DNA from: Chloroflexota bacterium
Lineage (GTDB): Bacteria > Chloroflexota > Dehalococcoidia > Dehalococcoidales > JAUVZV01
Length of the DNA: 59,235 nt
Assembly (NCBI GenBank): GCA_030602375.1
Contig: JAUVZV010000002.1
Coordinates: forward strand, 1-59,235
Reading direction: 5' to 3'
Below, piece by piece: positions 1 to 8,773 of this stretch. Below the pieces are notes generated by a model. It was not told where the DNA came from. It was given only the letters and a program-made list of their open reading frames with translations, and did no database searches. The number at the start of each line of letters is the position of its first letter. Within the stretch, counting starts at the first letter, position 1. Both the position numbers and the translations under genes were made by a program.

Positions 1-267
1 GGATTTGGCACCAATACAAGCGCGGGCAGCTCCCGCTAGTCGAATTCCCGATACCGGTCCTAAGGCAAAGATCAGCTTGTTATCCGGGGACAAGGGGGCA
101 ACCCCTGGCTTAAGCTCCTTCAATAGATAGTAGGCAATAAACCCGGCGCCACCTAGATAGCGCCTCAAGACTAGTTCGTCGAGTGTCTCTACCGAGTAAC
201 TATTATTAGATAAGTTCACCCTCAGAATTTTACCAGTGTAACCACCAACAGTTTGTTCCGCAGCCAT
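1..267 (-). CDS. aldehyde:ferredoxin oxidoreductase (AOR family), N-terminal fragment running off the window start
   Basis: Own translation of the minus strand from ATG at 267-265, with an SD-like cctcc at ~277-282 on the plus strand. It reads MAAEQTVGGYTGKILRVNLSNNSYSVETLDELVLRRYLGGAGFIAYYLLKELKPGVAPLSPDNKLIFALGPVSG. This fits the AOR N-terminal pattern GKILRVNL...YLGG.G...L.P.NKLIFA.GP. It is absent from the ORF track because it is truncated. Confidence 0.7.
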   Translation of the reverse strand, partial: MAAEQTVGGYTGKILRVNLSNNSYSVETLDELVLRRYLGGAGFIAYYLLKELKPGVAPLSPDNKLIFALGPVSGIRLAGAARACIGAKS

Positions 268-287
268 TATTAGTCACCTCCTTAGGA

Positions 288-1346
288 TCAGCTTTTCAGA
301 CCTTCATAATCAGGTCCATACCGATAGGCGTGGGATAGCGTGTTATTTCGCCCATATTTTTGATACTCATGATAGTAGGGATTTATATACTCCCAGACTA
401 TCTCTTTATTACGGTTTACCTCAAAGATGCGACCGTAGTCACCTTCACAGATTAGAATATTACCATTGGGTAACCGTTGACAATTACCCTTAGTGGGAGC
501 AATAAAATCAACCGCGCTGGGTTCATCATACCACCACACTACCTCCCCAGTACTGCGGTCAATTTCCAGAATCCGAGCACGTCCAGCTTCATAACCGATG
601 ATGTGTACACCAGCCTCAAAAATCAACAAGTTCCCGTTGGCCAGCAGACAGGCATTGTGTGGATGCACTAGCTCTGGCCACTCCCCGAAGCGCCAATCAA
701 TCTTTCCCGTTTCTTTATTGATTAAGGCAATTTGGCTAGTCCTCGTAAAACTAATTAAGATATTATCATCATAAGTAACACTTAAGGAGTTAGCCTCGCT
801 CCACTGGTTGCGAAAGCATATTGAGCAAATTATATCCACCTCAGGGTTCAGGTGTTCATATGCCTTCCATTCCCAGACCACTTTGCCAGCGGGGTTAATT
901 TCTTGAATAGCATCACCCCACATAACACCATCTTTTTCAGTGTTGGGTAGACCACCCTTGACTTTTTGCGCCATCTCCTCAGGAGTCTTAATCCATCGCA
1001 GCACCAGGGTATTGCCGTTTGGCAGGCGGGAGAAGGCATGATGCAGGTATTGGTCTTCATACTTCCAGACTAGATTACTGTCCCTACCCAGCTCCAGTAT
1101 GCTGCCCCCAGCGCCATCAAAGTCACCAAGCGGGGCATTGGATGTCTTGGCAGCATAAAGCAGGTTACCATTGGGCAGCAGTTCTCCGTAACTGCCAAGT
1201 TCAACAGGCATTTTCCAGATATGTACCGGCTGCCCTGCCATGTCCACCAGGTACACCTCCCTGCCACCTAATGGAGCAAATAAGGTGTATCCCTTGTAAG
1301 CTTCCCTTTTATATAAAGATAACCCTGACGGTTTAACTTCCGGCAT
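288..1346 (-). CDS. arylsulfotransferase (ASST, Arylsulfotran_2)-like beta-propeller protein, no signal peptide
   Basis: 352-aa ORF starting at ATG 1346. It has repeated blade motifs LPNGNLLYA, RLPNGNTLVL, LLANGNLLIFE and RLPNGNILICE. Conserved His pairs are present (LHHAF, HPHNA). It is a paralogue of the next gene. Confidence 0.55.
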   Translation of the reverse strand: MPEVKPSGLSLYKREAYKGYTLFAPLGGREVYLVDMAGQPVHIWKMPVELGSYGELLPNGNLLYAAKTSNAPLGDFDGAGGSILELGRDSNLVWKYEDQYLHHAFSRLPNGNTLVLRWIKTPEEMAQKVKGGLPNTEKDGVMWGDAIQEINPAGKVVWEWKAYEHLNPEVDIICSICFRNQWSEANSLSVTYDDNILISFTRTSQIALINKETGKIDWRFGEWPELVHPHNACLLANGNLLIFEAGVHIIGYEAGRARILEIDRSTGEVVWWYDEPSAVDFIAPTKGNCQRLPNGNILICEGDYGRIFEVNRNKEIVWEYINPYYHEYQKYGRNNTLSHAYRYGPDYEGLKS

Positions 1347-1382
1347 GAAATCTACCCCTCTTGCTAGTATATTTACTTTAAG

Positions 1383-2564
1383 TCACTTAAAAGCTTCTGG
1401 TCCATATAGACGATTTACCCAAGCTAGTTTCCCCGGGTCAAGCTCTTTCCCCTTAAAGCCCGGATAGTCTGGTTGATAGCGATAGGCACGAAACAGCATA
1501 TTGGTAAACCTTAACTGCGGAACTTGGACGTGCATTGTATATTCTATCCCTGCAGCTATGGGGTGAGGAGCAAAAAAGGGACTGGTATACTCCCAGACCA
1601 TTTCTCCATCCATGGTAACTTCAAAGACACGTCCTTTCGTCCCTTCACACACCAGTGTGTTGCCATTGGGTAACCGCTGGCAGCCAGAGATTACACCAGC
1701 GTAGAAGCTCTGAGGTGGGTTGGCTTTATACTCCCACTCAATCTTGTTGGTCGACGGATTTACCTCTACTACCCGAGAATAACACATACGCGAGCCATTT
1801 AGACGATGACCACCATTGTCATATAGCAGAATGTTCCCATTATCAAGCATGGTGGCATCATGCTGGTGAGCTATTTCACCCGGTCCCCACTGCCATTTTA
1901 TACTGCCACTGGACTTATCAACAATACAGACGGTGCTGATATTGCGAAAGCTTAAGAGGATGTTGCCGTCTGGAAGCTCAAAACAACTATTGAGGTGTGT
2001 CCAATCATCACGAGGGCATAAGGGGCAGATCTCACTCACTTCAGGGTCTAGATGCTCATATGCTTCCCATTCCCAGACTACCTCACCATCGGGTGTGACC
2101 TCGCTGACACCATCAGCAAATATCATCCCTCTGTCCTCAGATCCGGGAATGCCGCCCTTGACTCTTCTAGCTATCTCATCAGGCACACGCACCGCCCTAC
2201 AGTAAAGCGTGTTGCCATTCCTCATCCGGAAAAACGAATGGTGTTGACGGATATCTACGTATTTCCACAAAAGGTCACCATCCCAATCGACCTCAAGCAG
2301 TCCGGCACTTAAACCCCACTGTCGTGGCAGGTCTGGGCTATCCTCCTGACGGCGTTGTGCCATGGCATAAAGCAGGTTACCGGATGGCACAATTACACCG
2401 TGATTACGGGGTGAAGCCGGCATCATCCATCTATGGACATAATTACCTTCCATATCAATGAGCCATACATCGTTCGAGGTAAAGGGGTCAATTAAGGTAT
2501 AGCCCTCAAAGGCTTTACCCCGCTCATAAACCGTCACCCGGCACCTTTCACGTAGAATTCTCAC
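1383..2564 (-). CDS. ASST-like beta-propeller protein, tandem paralogue
   Basis: 393-aa ORF with a GTG start at 2564, 6 nt after AAGGAG. Motifs are VPSGNLLYA, RMRNGNTLYC, LPDGNILLS, LDNGNILLYD and RLPNGNTLVCE, plus His pairs RQHHSF and HQHDA. The N-terminus has no hydrophobic signal. Confidence 0.55.
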   Translation of the reverse strand: MRILRERCRVTVYERGKAFEGYTLIDPFTSNDVWLIDMEGNYVHRWMMPASPRNHGVIVPSGNLLYAMAQRRQEDSPDLPRQWGLSAGLLEVDWDGDLLWKYVDIRQHHSFFRMRNGNTLYCRAVRVPDEIARRVKGGIPGSEDRGMIFADGVSEVTPDGEVVWEWEAYEHLDPEVSEICPLCPRDDWTHLNSCFELPDGNILLSFRNISTVCIVDKSSGSIKWQWGPGEIAHQHDATMLDNGNILLYDNGGHRLNGSRMCYSRVVEVNPSTNKIEWEYKANPPQSFYAGVISGCQRLPNGNTLVCEGTKGRVFEVTMDGEMVWEYTSPFFAPHPIAAGIEYTMHVQVPQLRFTNMLFRAYRYQPDYPGFKGKELDPGKLAWVNRLYGPEAFK

Positions 2565-2710
2565 TCTTAGCTCCTTTGCCTCTTATTGGTCATCTTAAAG
2601 CCTAGGTTACAGCTTCCTTTACTGCGTTTTCATCCTTTTCCTTGTTGCCGAAAACAAGCAATTATGTTTAGGATTATTTCCCCCAAGGCCTCTATAAGCT
2701 ATTACTGGGG

Positions 2711-4618
2711 CTATCTCCCCGTCACCATTCCCATGGTAGTCGGCAGCCACGTGGCAATCTCGGGGACGACGGTCAGGATAACCAGGAATATCACCTCAAC
2801 AATAACAAAGGGGATAACACCCTTAAATATCTGCCCCACGGGGATATCTTTAGCCACCCCGGCGATGACAAACACATTCATCCCTATCGGCGGGGTAATC
2901 TGCCCCATCTCCATCATCACCACCATTATCACCCCGAACCAGACACCGTCAAACCCCAAAATGACAATTGTCGGCCAGAAGATAGGCAGGGTGAGCAGAA
3001 TCATGGGGATAATATTCATTAGCATGCCAAGTACAACATATACGAGTAGAACCAGGGCAAGAATAACGTAACGGTCTACCGGCAGTGCGCTTATATATGC
3101 CGCCGTCTCCAGCGGGAGTTTGCTTGTTCCCATGAAATAGCCAAGAATCATGACACCAATCAGGGTGACCAGAAGCATTCCTGAAGTCCGTGTCGAATCA
3201 TGGAGAGCTTCACGTACCGTTGCCCACTTGAACCTTCTCTTGACGAGTATCATAAAGAACGCACCAAGGGCACCAACGGCTCCGGCCTCAATCACGGTGA
3301 AGACTCCCCTGTAGATGCCGCCGATAACCAGCAGGAACAGTACTAGCATTGCCCAGGTTCCTTTGAGGGAAAAGAATTTCTCCTTCCAGGTGGTTGAAGG
3401 TCCGGGTGGACCCAGCTTTGGATTAAGTTTGGAGCGAATGGTGATGGTAATAATAAACAAGCTAGCAAGCATTATGCCTGGAATAATGCCGGCGATGAAG
3501 AGCACCGCTGTTGATACCTCGGTTATTAGGGAGTAGAAGATGAAGCCCATACTGGGGGGGATTAGTATACCCAAGGTGCCTCCAGCGGCAATGCAGCCGG
3601 TAGCCAGACTATTATCATATTTGAATCTCCGCAATTCCGGCAGCGATACCGTGCCCATGGCAGCCGCTGTTGCCAGGCTATCACCACAGATGGCGGCAAA
3701 ACCGGCGCAGCCACCGACCGTGGCTGAGGCGAGCCCGCCGGGCAGCCGACCCAGCCAGGTGGCGCAGGTGTCATAGAGGTCGCGGCTGATGGCGGCATGA
3801 AAGCAGAATGAGCCCATGAGAAAGAAGAAGGGAATCACCACGACGAAGTAGAAAGTTCCCTGGTAATAGGGCCTCTGCATCAGAAGGCCAAGACCGGCAT
3901 CAAGACCCATAAAGTACCAGGAACCAATGATGCCGATAAAAGCCATGGCGAAAGCAATCGGCATCCTGGCGAATAAAATTACCATCAGCAGGAGAATACC
4001 CAGCACTCCCATAATCAGCGGATTAATTGGGATCTCGACATTAAGCGAACCCCAAACCAGAACGCCGGCGAGAGCCAGACCGAGGAGTATCCAGAGTGCC
4101 TTCTTACCCCCCTCGGCTATAGCGGCGTCAGTGTGGCGGAAAATCTGGGCTACTATTATAATACAGGTGAGCGCCACGCCAAAAGCGGCGACAAAGACAA
4201 ACGGGTAGATGGGTATGTCTAATACTTCAGCACCCAGGTTAGTCTTTGAAATTCTGATTGCCCAAACTGTGCTCTGCCAGGCAATCAGTGTCCAGACCAT
4301 CAAGCCTATGACACCGGTGCTGGCATCAGTAACATGCTGTACCCATTTGGGGAACTTGCCCATTATTAGGTCAACCTTGACATGATGCATGGTCAGGGTG
4401 ACCCAGGGTAAACCAAGAAAGGTGATAAAACAGAGCAGGAACTGCTCCAGGTCCTTGGTGCCGTATAAACCAATATCAAAGGCGTTGCGGGCTATAATAT
4501 CAGCCACCATAAAGATGACCATGAAGAACAATGATGCCATGCCTATATAGATACCAACTCGGGCAATCGGCCTCATTGGTACCTCAATAGCATCAGCCCA
4601 TTTGGACAAAAAAGTCAC
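2711..4618 (-). CDS. TRAP transporter fused small+large permease (DctQ-DctM fusion)
   Basis: 635-aa polytopic ORF with a GTG start. The N-terminal ~160 aa form a 4-helix DctQ-like part, followed by a long DctM-like part. It lies directly downstream of a DctP-like binding-protein gene. Confidence 0.85.
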   Translation of the reverse strand: MTFLSKWADAIEVPMRPIARVGIYIGMASLFFMVIFMVADIIARNAFDIGLYGTKDLEQFLLCFITFLGLPWVTLTMHHVKVDLIMGKFPKWVQHVTDASTGVIGLMVWTLIAWQSTVWAIRISKTNLGAEVLDIPIYPFVFVAAFGVALTCIIIVAQIFRHTDAAIAEGGKKALWILLGLALAGVLVWGSLNVEIPINPLIMGVLGILLLMVILFARMPIAFAMAFIGIIGSWYFMGLDAGLGLLMQRPYYQGTFYFVVVIPFFFLMGSFCFHAAISRDLYDTCATWLGRLPGGLASATVGGCAGFAAICGDSLATAAAMGTVSLPELRRFKYDNSLATGCIAAGGTLGILIPPSMGFIFYSLITEVSTAVLFIAGIIPGIMLASLFIITITIRSKLNPKLGPPGPSTTWKEKFFSLKGTWAMLVLFLLVIGGIYRGVFTVIEAGAVGALGAFFMILVKRRFKWATVREALHDSTRTSGMLLVTLIGVMILGYFMGTSKLPLETAAYISALPVDRYVILALVLLVYVVLGMLMNIIPMILLTLPIFWPTIVILGFDGVWFGVIMVVMMEMGQITPPIGMNVFVIAGVAKDIPVGQIFKGVIPFVIVEVIFLVILTVVPEIATWLPTTMGMVTGR

Positions 4619-4701
4619 GCTTATACTCCGTTGACTTAAACTTAATTATAAGTTAACGTTTTTAGGATACACGGTGGATATAAAGATTATTAGGGGCCAC
4701 A

Positions 4702-4729
4702 GCTATGCGGGCTAGCTAGCCCGCATAGC
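4702..4729. repeat. perfect 28-nt palindrome between the TRAP binding-protein and permease genes (intercistronic hairpin)
   Basis: gctatgcgggctag|ctagcccgcatagc is an exact reverse complement. No U-tract follows on the minus strand. Confidence 0.9.
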
Positions 4730-4754
4730 CATAATCCCTTTCACCAGTTTCTGC

Positions 4755-5966
4755 TTAGTCCCATCCCCCGGGTCGGCGAGGGCTACCATACCGGCCGGCA
4801 TAGCCAAACCAGTCCGGCTCTTCCATCGGGCTAGCTGTATAGCGATCTACGTGCGTACGGTACGCGGCAACCATTGCCTCAGCCTGTTCCCAAGCTAATC
4901 CGTTGTCCACAGCCTGTTGGTACCATATTTCATAATTTGGAATAGCCCCTTCGAGCCACCTTGCCTTCTCGTCTGGAGGCAGGGTGTAGAAGTCGTCACC
5001 CTTCTCCTTAAACCACGCCAGATCTACCTCTGAACCGTGGTCCAGGGTGGCACCGATAATTAACGAATAGGTGTGACCCGCAAAATTCTGGTTGATGACG
5101 TCCTGAATGTCTGCAGGCAAGCTCTCCCAGAACTCTTTGTTCATCGACGGGTTGCAAACTGAGAAATTCAGGTCGCAGATGGTATGGTGATGCAGGTACT
5201 CAGCAGTGCCAAATGACCTCAAAGGTGCCCAGGGCCAGATGCCGCCTTCAATGACACCCTTCTCCAGCGCCAGTACCGATTCTGCCATTTGGATGAGCAT
5301 CGGGGTAGCACCCCAGTTTTCCAGGCTGGTCAGGTGAATCAGGTTTTCGCCGGCGATAATCCTACCTTTCATTTCCTCCATTGTTTTGATAAGCACTGTC
5401 TGCATATGAAGGTTTTGCACGGCGCTTGAATGGGTGGTCAAGTGATGGACAGCTTCATATTCCTTCCGGATTGGCTCTCCCAGTGGGTCAGTAGTAATGA
5501 AATCGTAGGCAGCGAGGCCGTATATTGCTGCTGAGGCACCGGCAAGGAAGGGCAGCCAGAGCATTTCAGTAAAGGGAAAACGACCCGCCATCACGTGAGC
5601 CCAGACCTCCCCCTGCTGAGTCATCCCTGCCTGGATAGCATCGAAGGCTTCCCTATACTCAACCAGAGCCTGTCCATTGTAGAAGACATATTCTACCCTG
5701 CCATCGGTTAGCTCCGTAACCTTTTCACCCAGCACAGCCTTGCCATCATAGAAGGACGGATGCATCAGAGGATAGCAGGGGCCGTCTTTGATTTCGAAGA
5801 CTTTCTCTGGAGTCGGTGTTGGGGTCGGGGTTGGGGTTGGGGTTGGCGTTGGCGTTGGTGTTGGAGTTGGTGCCGGGGCAGCACAAGCGCTTATCAAGGG
5901 CAGAGAAGCCAAGACTATAGCTATCAGAATACCGCTACTAATTTTTAACAGCTTTCTGTGTCGCAC
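4755..5966 (-). CDS. TRAP-type solute-binding lipoprotein (DctP-like) with a (PT)n linker
   Basis: 403-aa ORF with a GTG start after AAGGAGGAG. The signal peptide plus lipobox is LPLISAC. A run APAPTPTPTPTPTPTPTPTPTPTPEK follows, then a ~350-aa globular domain. It sits immediately upstream of the TRAP permease. Confidence 0.65.
   Translation of the reverse strand: MRHRKLLKISSGILIAIVLASLPLISACAAPAPTPTPTPTPTPTPTPTPTPTPEKVFEIKDGPCYPLMHPSFYDGKAVLGEKVTELTDGRVEYVFYNGQALVEYREAFDAIQAGMTQQGEVWAHVMAGRFPFTEMLWLPFLAGASAAIYGLAAYDFITTDPLGEPIRKEYEAVHHLTTHSSAVQNLHMQTVLIKTMEEMKGRIIAGENLIHLTSLENWGATPMLIQMAESVLALEKGVIEGGIWPWAPLRSFGTAEYLHHHTICDLNFSVCNPSMNKEFWESLPADIQDVINQNFAGHTYSLIIGATLDHGSEVDLAWFKEKGDDFYTLPPDEKARWLEGAIPNYEIWYQQAVDNGLAWEQAEAMVAAYRTHVDRYTASPMEEPDWFGYAGRYGSPRRPGGWD
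5808..5870 (-). repeat. hexanucleotide tandem repeat encoding (Pro-Thr)x10-11
   Basis: The plus strand reads tggagtcggtgttggggtcggggttggggttggggttggcgttggcgttggtgttggagttggtgc. The minus-strand frame gives P33..P53 of the lipoprotein. Confidence 0.9.
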
Positions 5967-6094
5967 TTTTTACCACTCTCCTCCTTAATGTTCCTTTACC
6001 TAAAGAGAACTATTAACTATATTGTTTCTCTATATATCACCCCCCTTCGCTACTGGTTTAAACATCCGTATCAAAGAAGCACAATCTTTCGGTC

Positions 6095-6123
6095 ATTCTA
6101 CGTACTTAACATGGATTTGTCAA
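6095..6123 (-). promoter_or_regulatory. sigma70-like promoter for the TRAP operon (TTGACA-17-TAGAAT)
   Basis: The minus strand reads TTGACA aatccatgttaagtacg TAGAAT, about 125 nt upstream of the GTG at 5966. Confidence 0.4.
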
Positions 6124-6204
6124 TACCCCGATCTAAAATCCTTTACCGTTTCCATATTGTCAAAATTTCTGTCTTTTTTGAAAGTAAGCAGGCCGGCAAA
6201 ATGG

Positions 6205-7317
6205 TCACCCTACCCGGTACCGACTTACGATTTCCTCGTTTAGTTCGACTCCTAGCCCAGGCTCCTCGGGTACCGTAACAAAGCCATCGATGGCTTTTAT
6301 TTCCTGCCTAGTAAGTTGCGTTCTTATTGGGGTCTCTTCAACACAGTACTCAAAAACAAAGGCACTCTTTCGAGTTGCCAACCAATGCAGACCGGCAGCC
6401 AGGTTTATAGGTGTTGAATAGAAGTGGTTGACCACCCTCAGACCACGAGATTCAGCCATATCAGCAACCTTTCTGGCTGTAGTAAAACCATTCCTTGCCA
6501 GATCGATTTGTGCAATATCAATGCCACCGCGTTCAATCAAGTCCCGCCAGGCATGTATGCCAGCTTCCCCTTCTCCGGCAGCAATCGGGATATTTGACAC
6601 CTGGCTTAGTTCCTTGTAACCATCCAGGTTATCCTGCTCGAGCGGTTCCTCCAGCCATAATATGCGGTATTGCTCAAACTGCTTGGCACGTATCTTAGCC
6701 GTCTTGGTATCCCAACAGCAGCCGGCATCAATTAAAATATCATTCTCATCTCCAACACCTAGCCTGGCACCCTCGACTAGGTCCAAGTCTATTTCCTCAC
6801 TCTCGCCCATGGGTTTCCAGCCAAACTTCACTGCCGTAAAGCCCTGATCTACCCATCTCTTAGCTTTTTCACAAGTTACCTTGCCATCATGACCAAAAAG
6901 GTCGCTGGCATAGGCCCGAAATTTTTTATGAAACGCTCCCCCCAACAACTGATAAATAGGCTGTCGGTAGTACTTTCCGGCGATATCCCACAGTGCCATG
7001 TCAATACCACCTATGGTATGGACAACCACCGCCCGTCGGCCGTAGTAAAAGCTCCTTTGATACAGTTTTTCATTGATAACCTCAATGTCCAGTGGGTTCA
7101 TTCCCATGAGTAAGTGTCCCAACCCGGAGGCAATGCTGCTGCTTAAAGGCGCCTCAACAACTGCCTTAGCAACATGGGCAGAGGAGTCTACCTCACCGAT
7201 ACCTACAATCCCTTCATCAGTATGGATCTTTATAATGCATGCATCTTGGGCTGAAGAAGCCTTGTCTTTGACTTCTGGTAACCGAACCTCGATTGCTTCT
7301 ATTTCTGTGATTCTCAT
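6205..7317 (-). CDS. enolase-superfamily protein, mandelate racemase subgroup (acid-sugar dehydratase-like)
   Basis: The start is most likely ATG 7317 (MRITEIEAIEV), preceded by AAGGAGGAAG. The ORF track extends to 7410. Metal-ligand-like motifs are IDAGCCW, WLEEP and AAGEGE. QIDLARNGG and NHFYS form a His/Asp dyad context. Confidence 0.8.
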   Translation of the reverse strand: MRITEIEAIEVRLPEVKDKASSAQDACIIKIHTDEGIVGIGEVDSSAHVAKAVVEAPLSSSIASGLGHLLMGMNPLDIEVINEKLYQRSFYYGRRAVVVHTIGGIDMALWDIAGKYYRQPIYQLLGGAFHKKFRAYASDLFGHDGKVTCEKAKRWVDQGFTAVKFGWKPMGESEEIDLDLVEGARLGVGDENDILIDAGCCWDTKTAKIRAKQFEQYRILWLEEPLEQDNLDGYKELSQVSNIPIAAGEGEAGIHAWRDLIERGGIDIAQIDLARNGFTTARKVADMAESRGLRVVNHFYSTPINLAAGLHWLATRKSAFVFEYCVEETPIRTQLTRQEIKAIDGFVTVPEEPGLGVELNEEIVSRYRVG

Positions 7318-7517
7318 CACTTCCTCCTTATTTCCCCATCTTTTGTACTTTGCGGATAGCTCTGATGAAAAGTACCGGGTTTCATTCCTTGATAACTTAT
7401 TATATAACACGCTTCTAAGCCTTTGTTAATGTTCACCTTCTCTATTTGTGTGCCATTTGATATATTGGGTTTTTTCTTTTATCATTTACTATCGTTAAGT
7501 ATAGAGGTAGTTCAAGG

Positions 7518-8615
7518 ATGAGGAAGCCTGACTTTTCCAGAATGAGAAAAACCCTTCTGCTCGAGGGTGAGCCGGACTGTGTCCCCCTTTATGACATCGT
7601 AGCCAAGGAGGTGAAGAGTGCCTTTCTCGGTAAACCGGTAACTGACCTTAAACAGGAAGTAGAGTTTGTTGTTGCTGCTGGCTATGACTTCGTACCGCTT
7701 CAAATAGGATTCCGCTATTTTCTGGGCATAACGCCAGCTCTTTGTGCTGGGGAGCAAAAAACTGTATCAAGTAAGAAACCTCTACTCAAGGCAAGTATGG
7801 CTCGATACAGCGTGTTTACCGACGCCGACACGGAGAGAGACTGGGCGGAGGAAGGTGAGGGGGTGATTACTAACCTGGATGAATTTGAAAGCTTCCCTTG
7901 GCCAAATGCTGAGGACTTTGATTATTCCATTTTTGAGGACATCAAGAGCTACCTGCCTCAGGGGATGAAGGTTCTTGTTGGGTTGGATGGGGTATTTACC
8001 CCCGCTTGGCTACTAATGGGAGCTGAAACCTTCTATCTCTCGCTGGTGGACAATCCTGAGCTGGTAAAGGGAATGTTTGAGAGGATTGGAGCGATACAGC
8101 TTGAGTGTATCAAGAAAGTGACCAGTTTTGACTGCGTTGGTGTTTTGCGGTTCAACGATGATATCGCCTCCAATCAGGGACTACTAGTTTCCCCGAATCA
8201 CCTGCGAGAATACTTTTTCCCTTGGCTCAAGCAAATAGGTGATATCTGCAAAAAACGAGGTCTGCCTTTTATGTATCACACTGATGGCAATGTGGTGGAG
8301 GTTCTGGAGGACATTATTAATGCTGGCGTCAATGCATTACACCCCATCCAGCCAAATGCTATGGACATCGGCTATCTCAAGAAAAAAGTAGGGGATAAGC
8401 TATGTCTGGTGGGGAATATTGACATGGATGTGATGACCCGGGGGAACCCACAGGAAGTTGAAGAATTGGTCAAAAGAAACCTGAGGGAGATAGCACCCAG
8501 TGGCGGCTATATTGTTGGTGCTTCAAACTCGGTACCCGAGTACATTCCTCTAAAGAATTACAACGCCATGCGCAAGACAACACTGAAGTATGGCCGCTAT
8601 CCAATTTCAATATAA
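7518..8615 (+). CDS. uroporphyrinogen decarboxylase (URO-D/MtaA-like) family protein
   Basis: 365-aa ORF whose overall pattern is that of URO-D-family TIM-barrel proteins (..HTDGNVVEVLEDIINAGVNALHPIQP..). It is divergent from the enolase gene. No corrinoid-protein gene is nearby. Confidence 0.5.
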   Translation: MRKPDFSRMRKTLLLEGEPDCVPLYDIVAKEVKSAFLGKPVTDLKQEVEFVVAAGYDFVPLQIGFRYFLGITPALCAGEQKTVSSKKPLLKASMARYSVFTDADTERDWAEEGEGVITNLDEFESFPWPNAEDFDYSIFEDIKSYLPQGMKVLVGLDGVFTPAWLLMGAETFYLSLVDNPELVKGMFERIGAIQLECIKKVTSFDCVGVLRFNDDIASNQGLLVSPNHLREYFFPWLKQIGDICKKRGLPFMYHTDGNVVEVLEDIINAGVNALHPIQPNAMDIGYLKKKVGDKLCLVGNIDMDVMTRGNPQEVEELVKRNLREIAPSGGYIVGASNSVPEYIPLKNYNAMRKTTLKYGRYPISI

Positions 8616-8732
8616 CTTATAGCCCACCAAGGTGGTGAGGCTACTTTCTAATCCTACCTTATTTGGCATGAAGCAGCTAATTTATATGTGTCAGCGGATT
8701 AAAAGGTGAATTGTGCTGATGAAAACCTTAGT

Positions 8733-8761
8733 TTGCATGTTACTAGGGGAGTGTGTATAAT
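8733..8761 (+). promoter_or_regulatory. sigma70-like promoter (TTGCAT-17-TATAAT) for the OFOR operon
   Basis: ttgcat gttactaggggagtgtg tataat. The -10 element ends 12 nt before ATG 8774. No SD lies in between. Confidence 0.4.
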
Positions 8762-8773
8762 TCTGATTGCCGT

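Noticed and set aside
5760-5988. ORFs encoding (GV)n / (WG)n repeats on the plus strand
   Set aside because: These are the complementary-strand reading of the (PT)n linker repeat of the TRAP lipoprotein and are not independent genes.
6228-6262. tRNA-like T-arm string (agttcgactcc)
   Set aside because: It lies within the C-terminal codons of the enolase-superfamily CDS. No acceptor, D or anticodon arms can be built around it. I found no convincing tRNA anywhere in the window.
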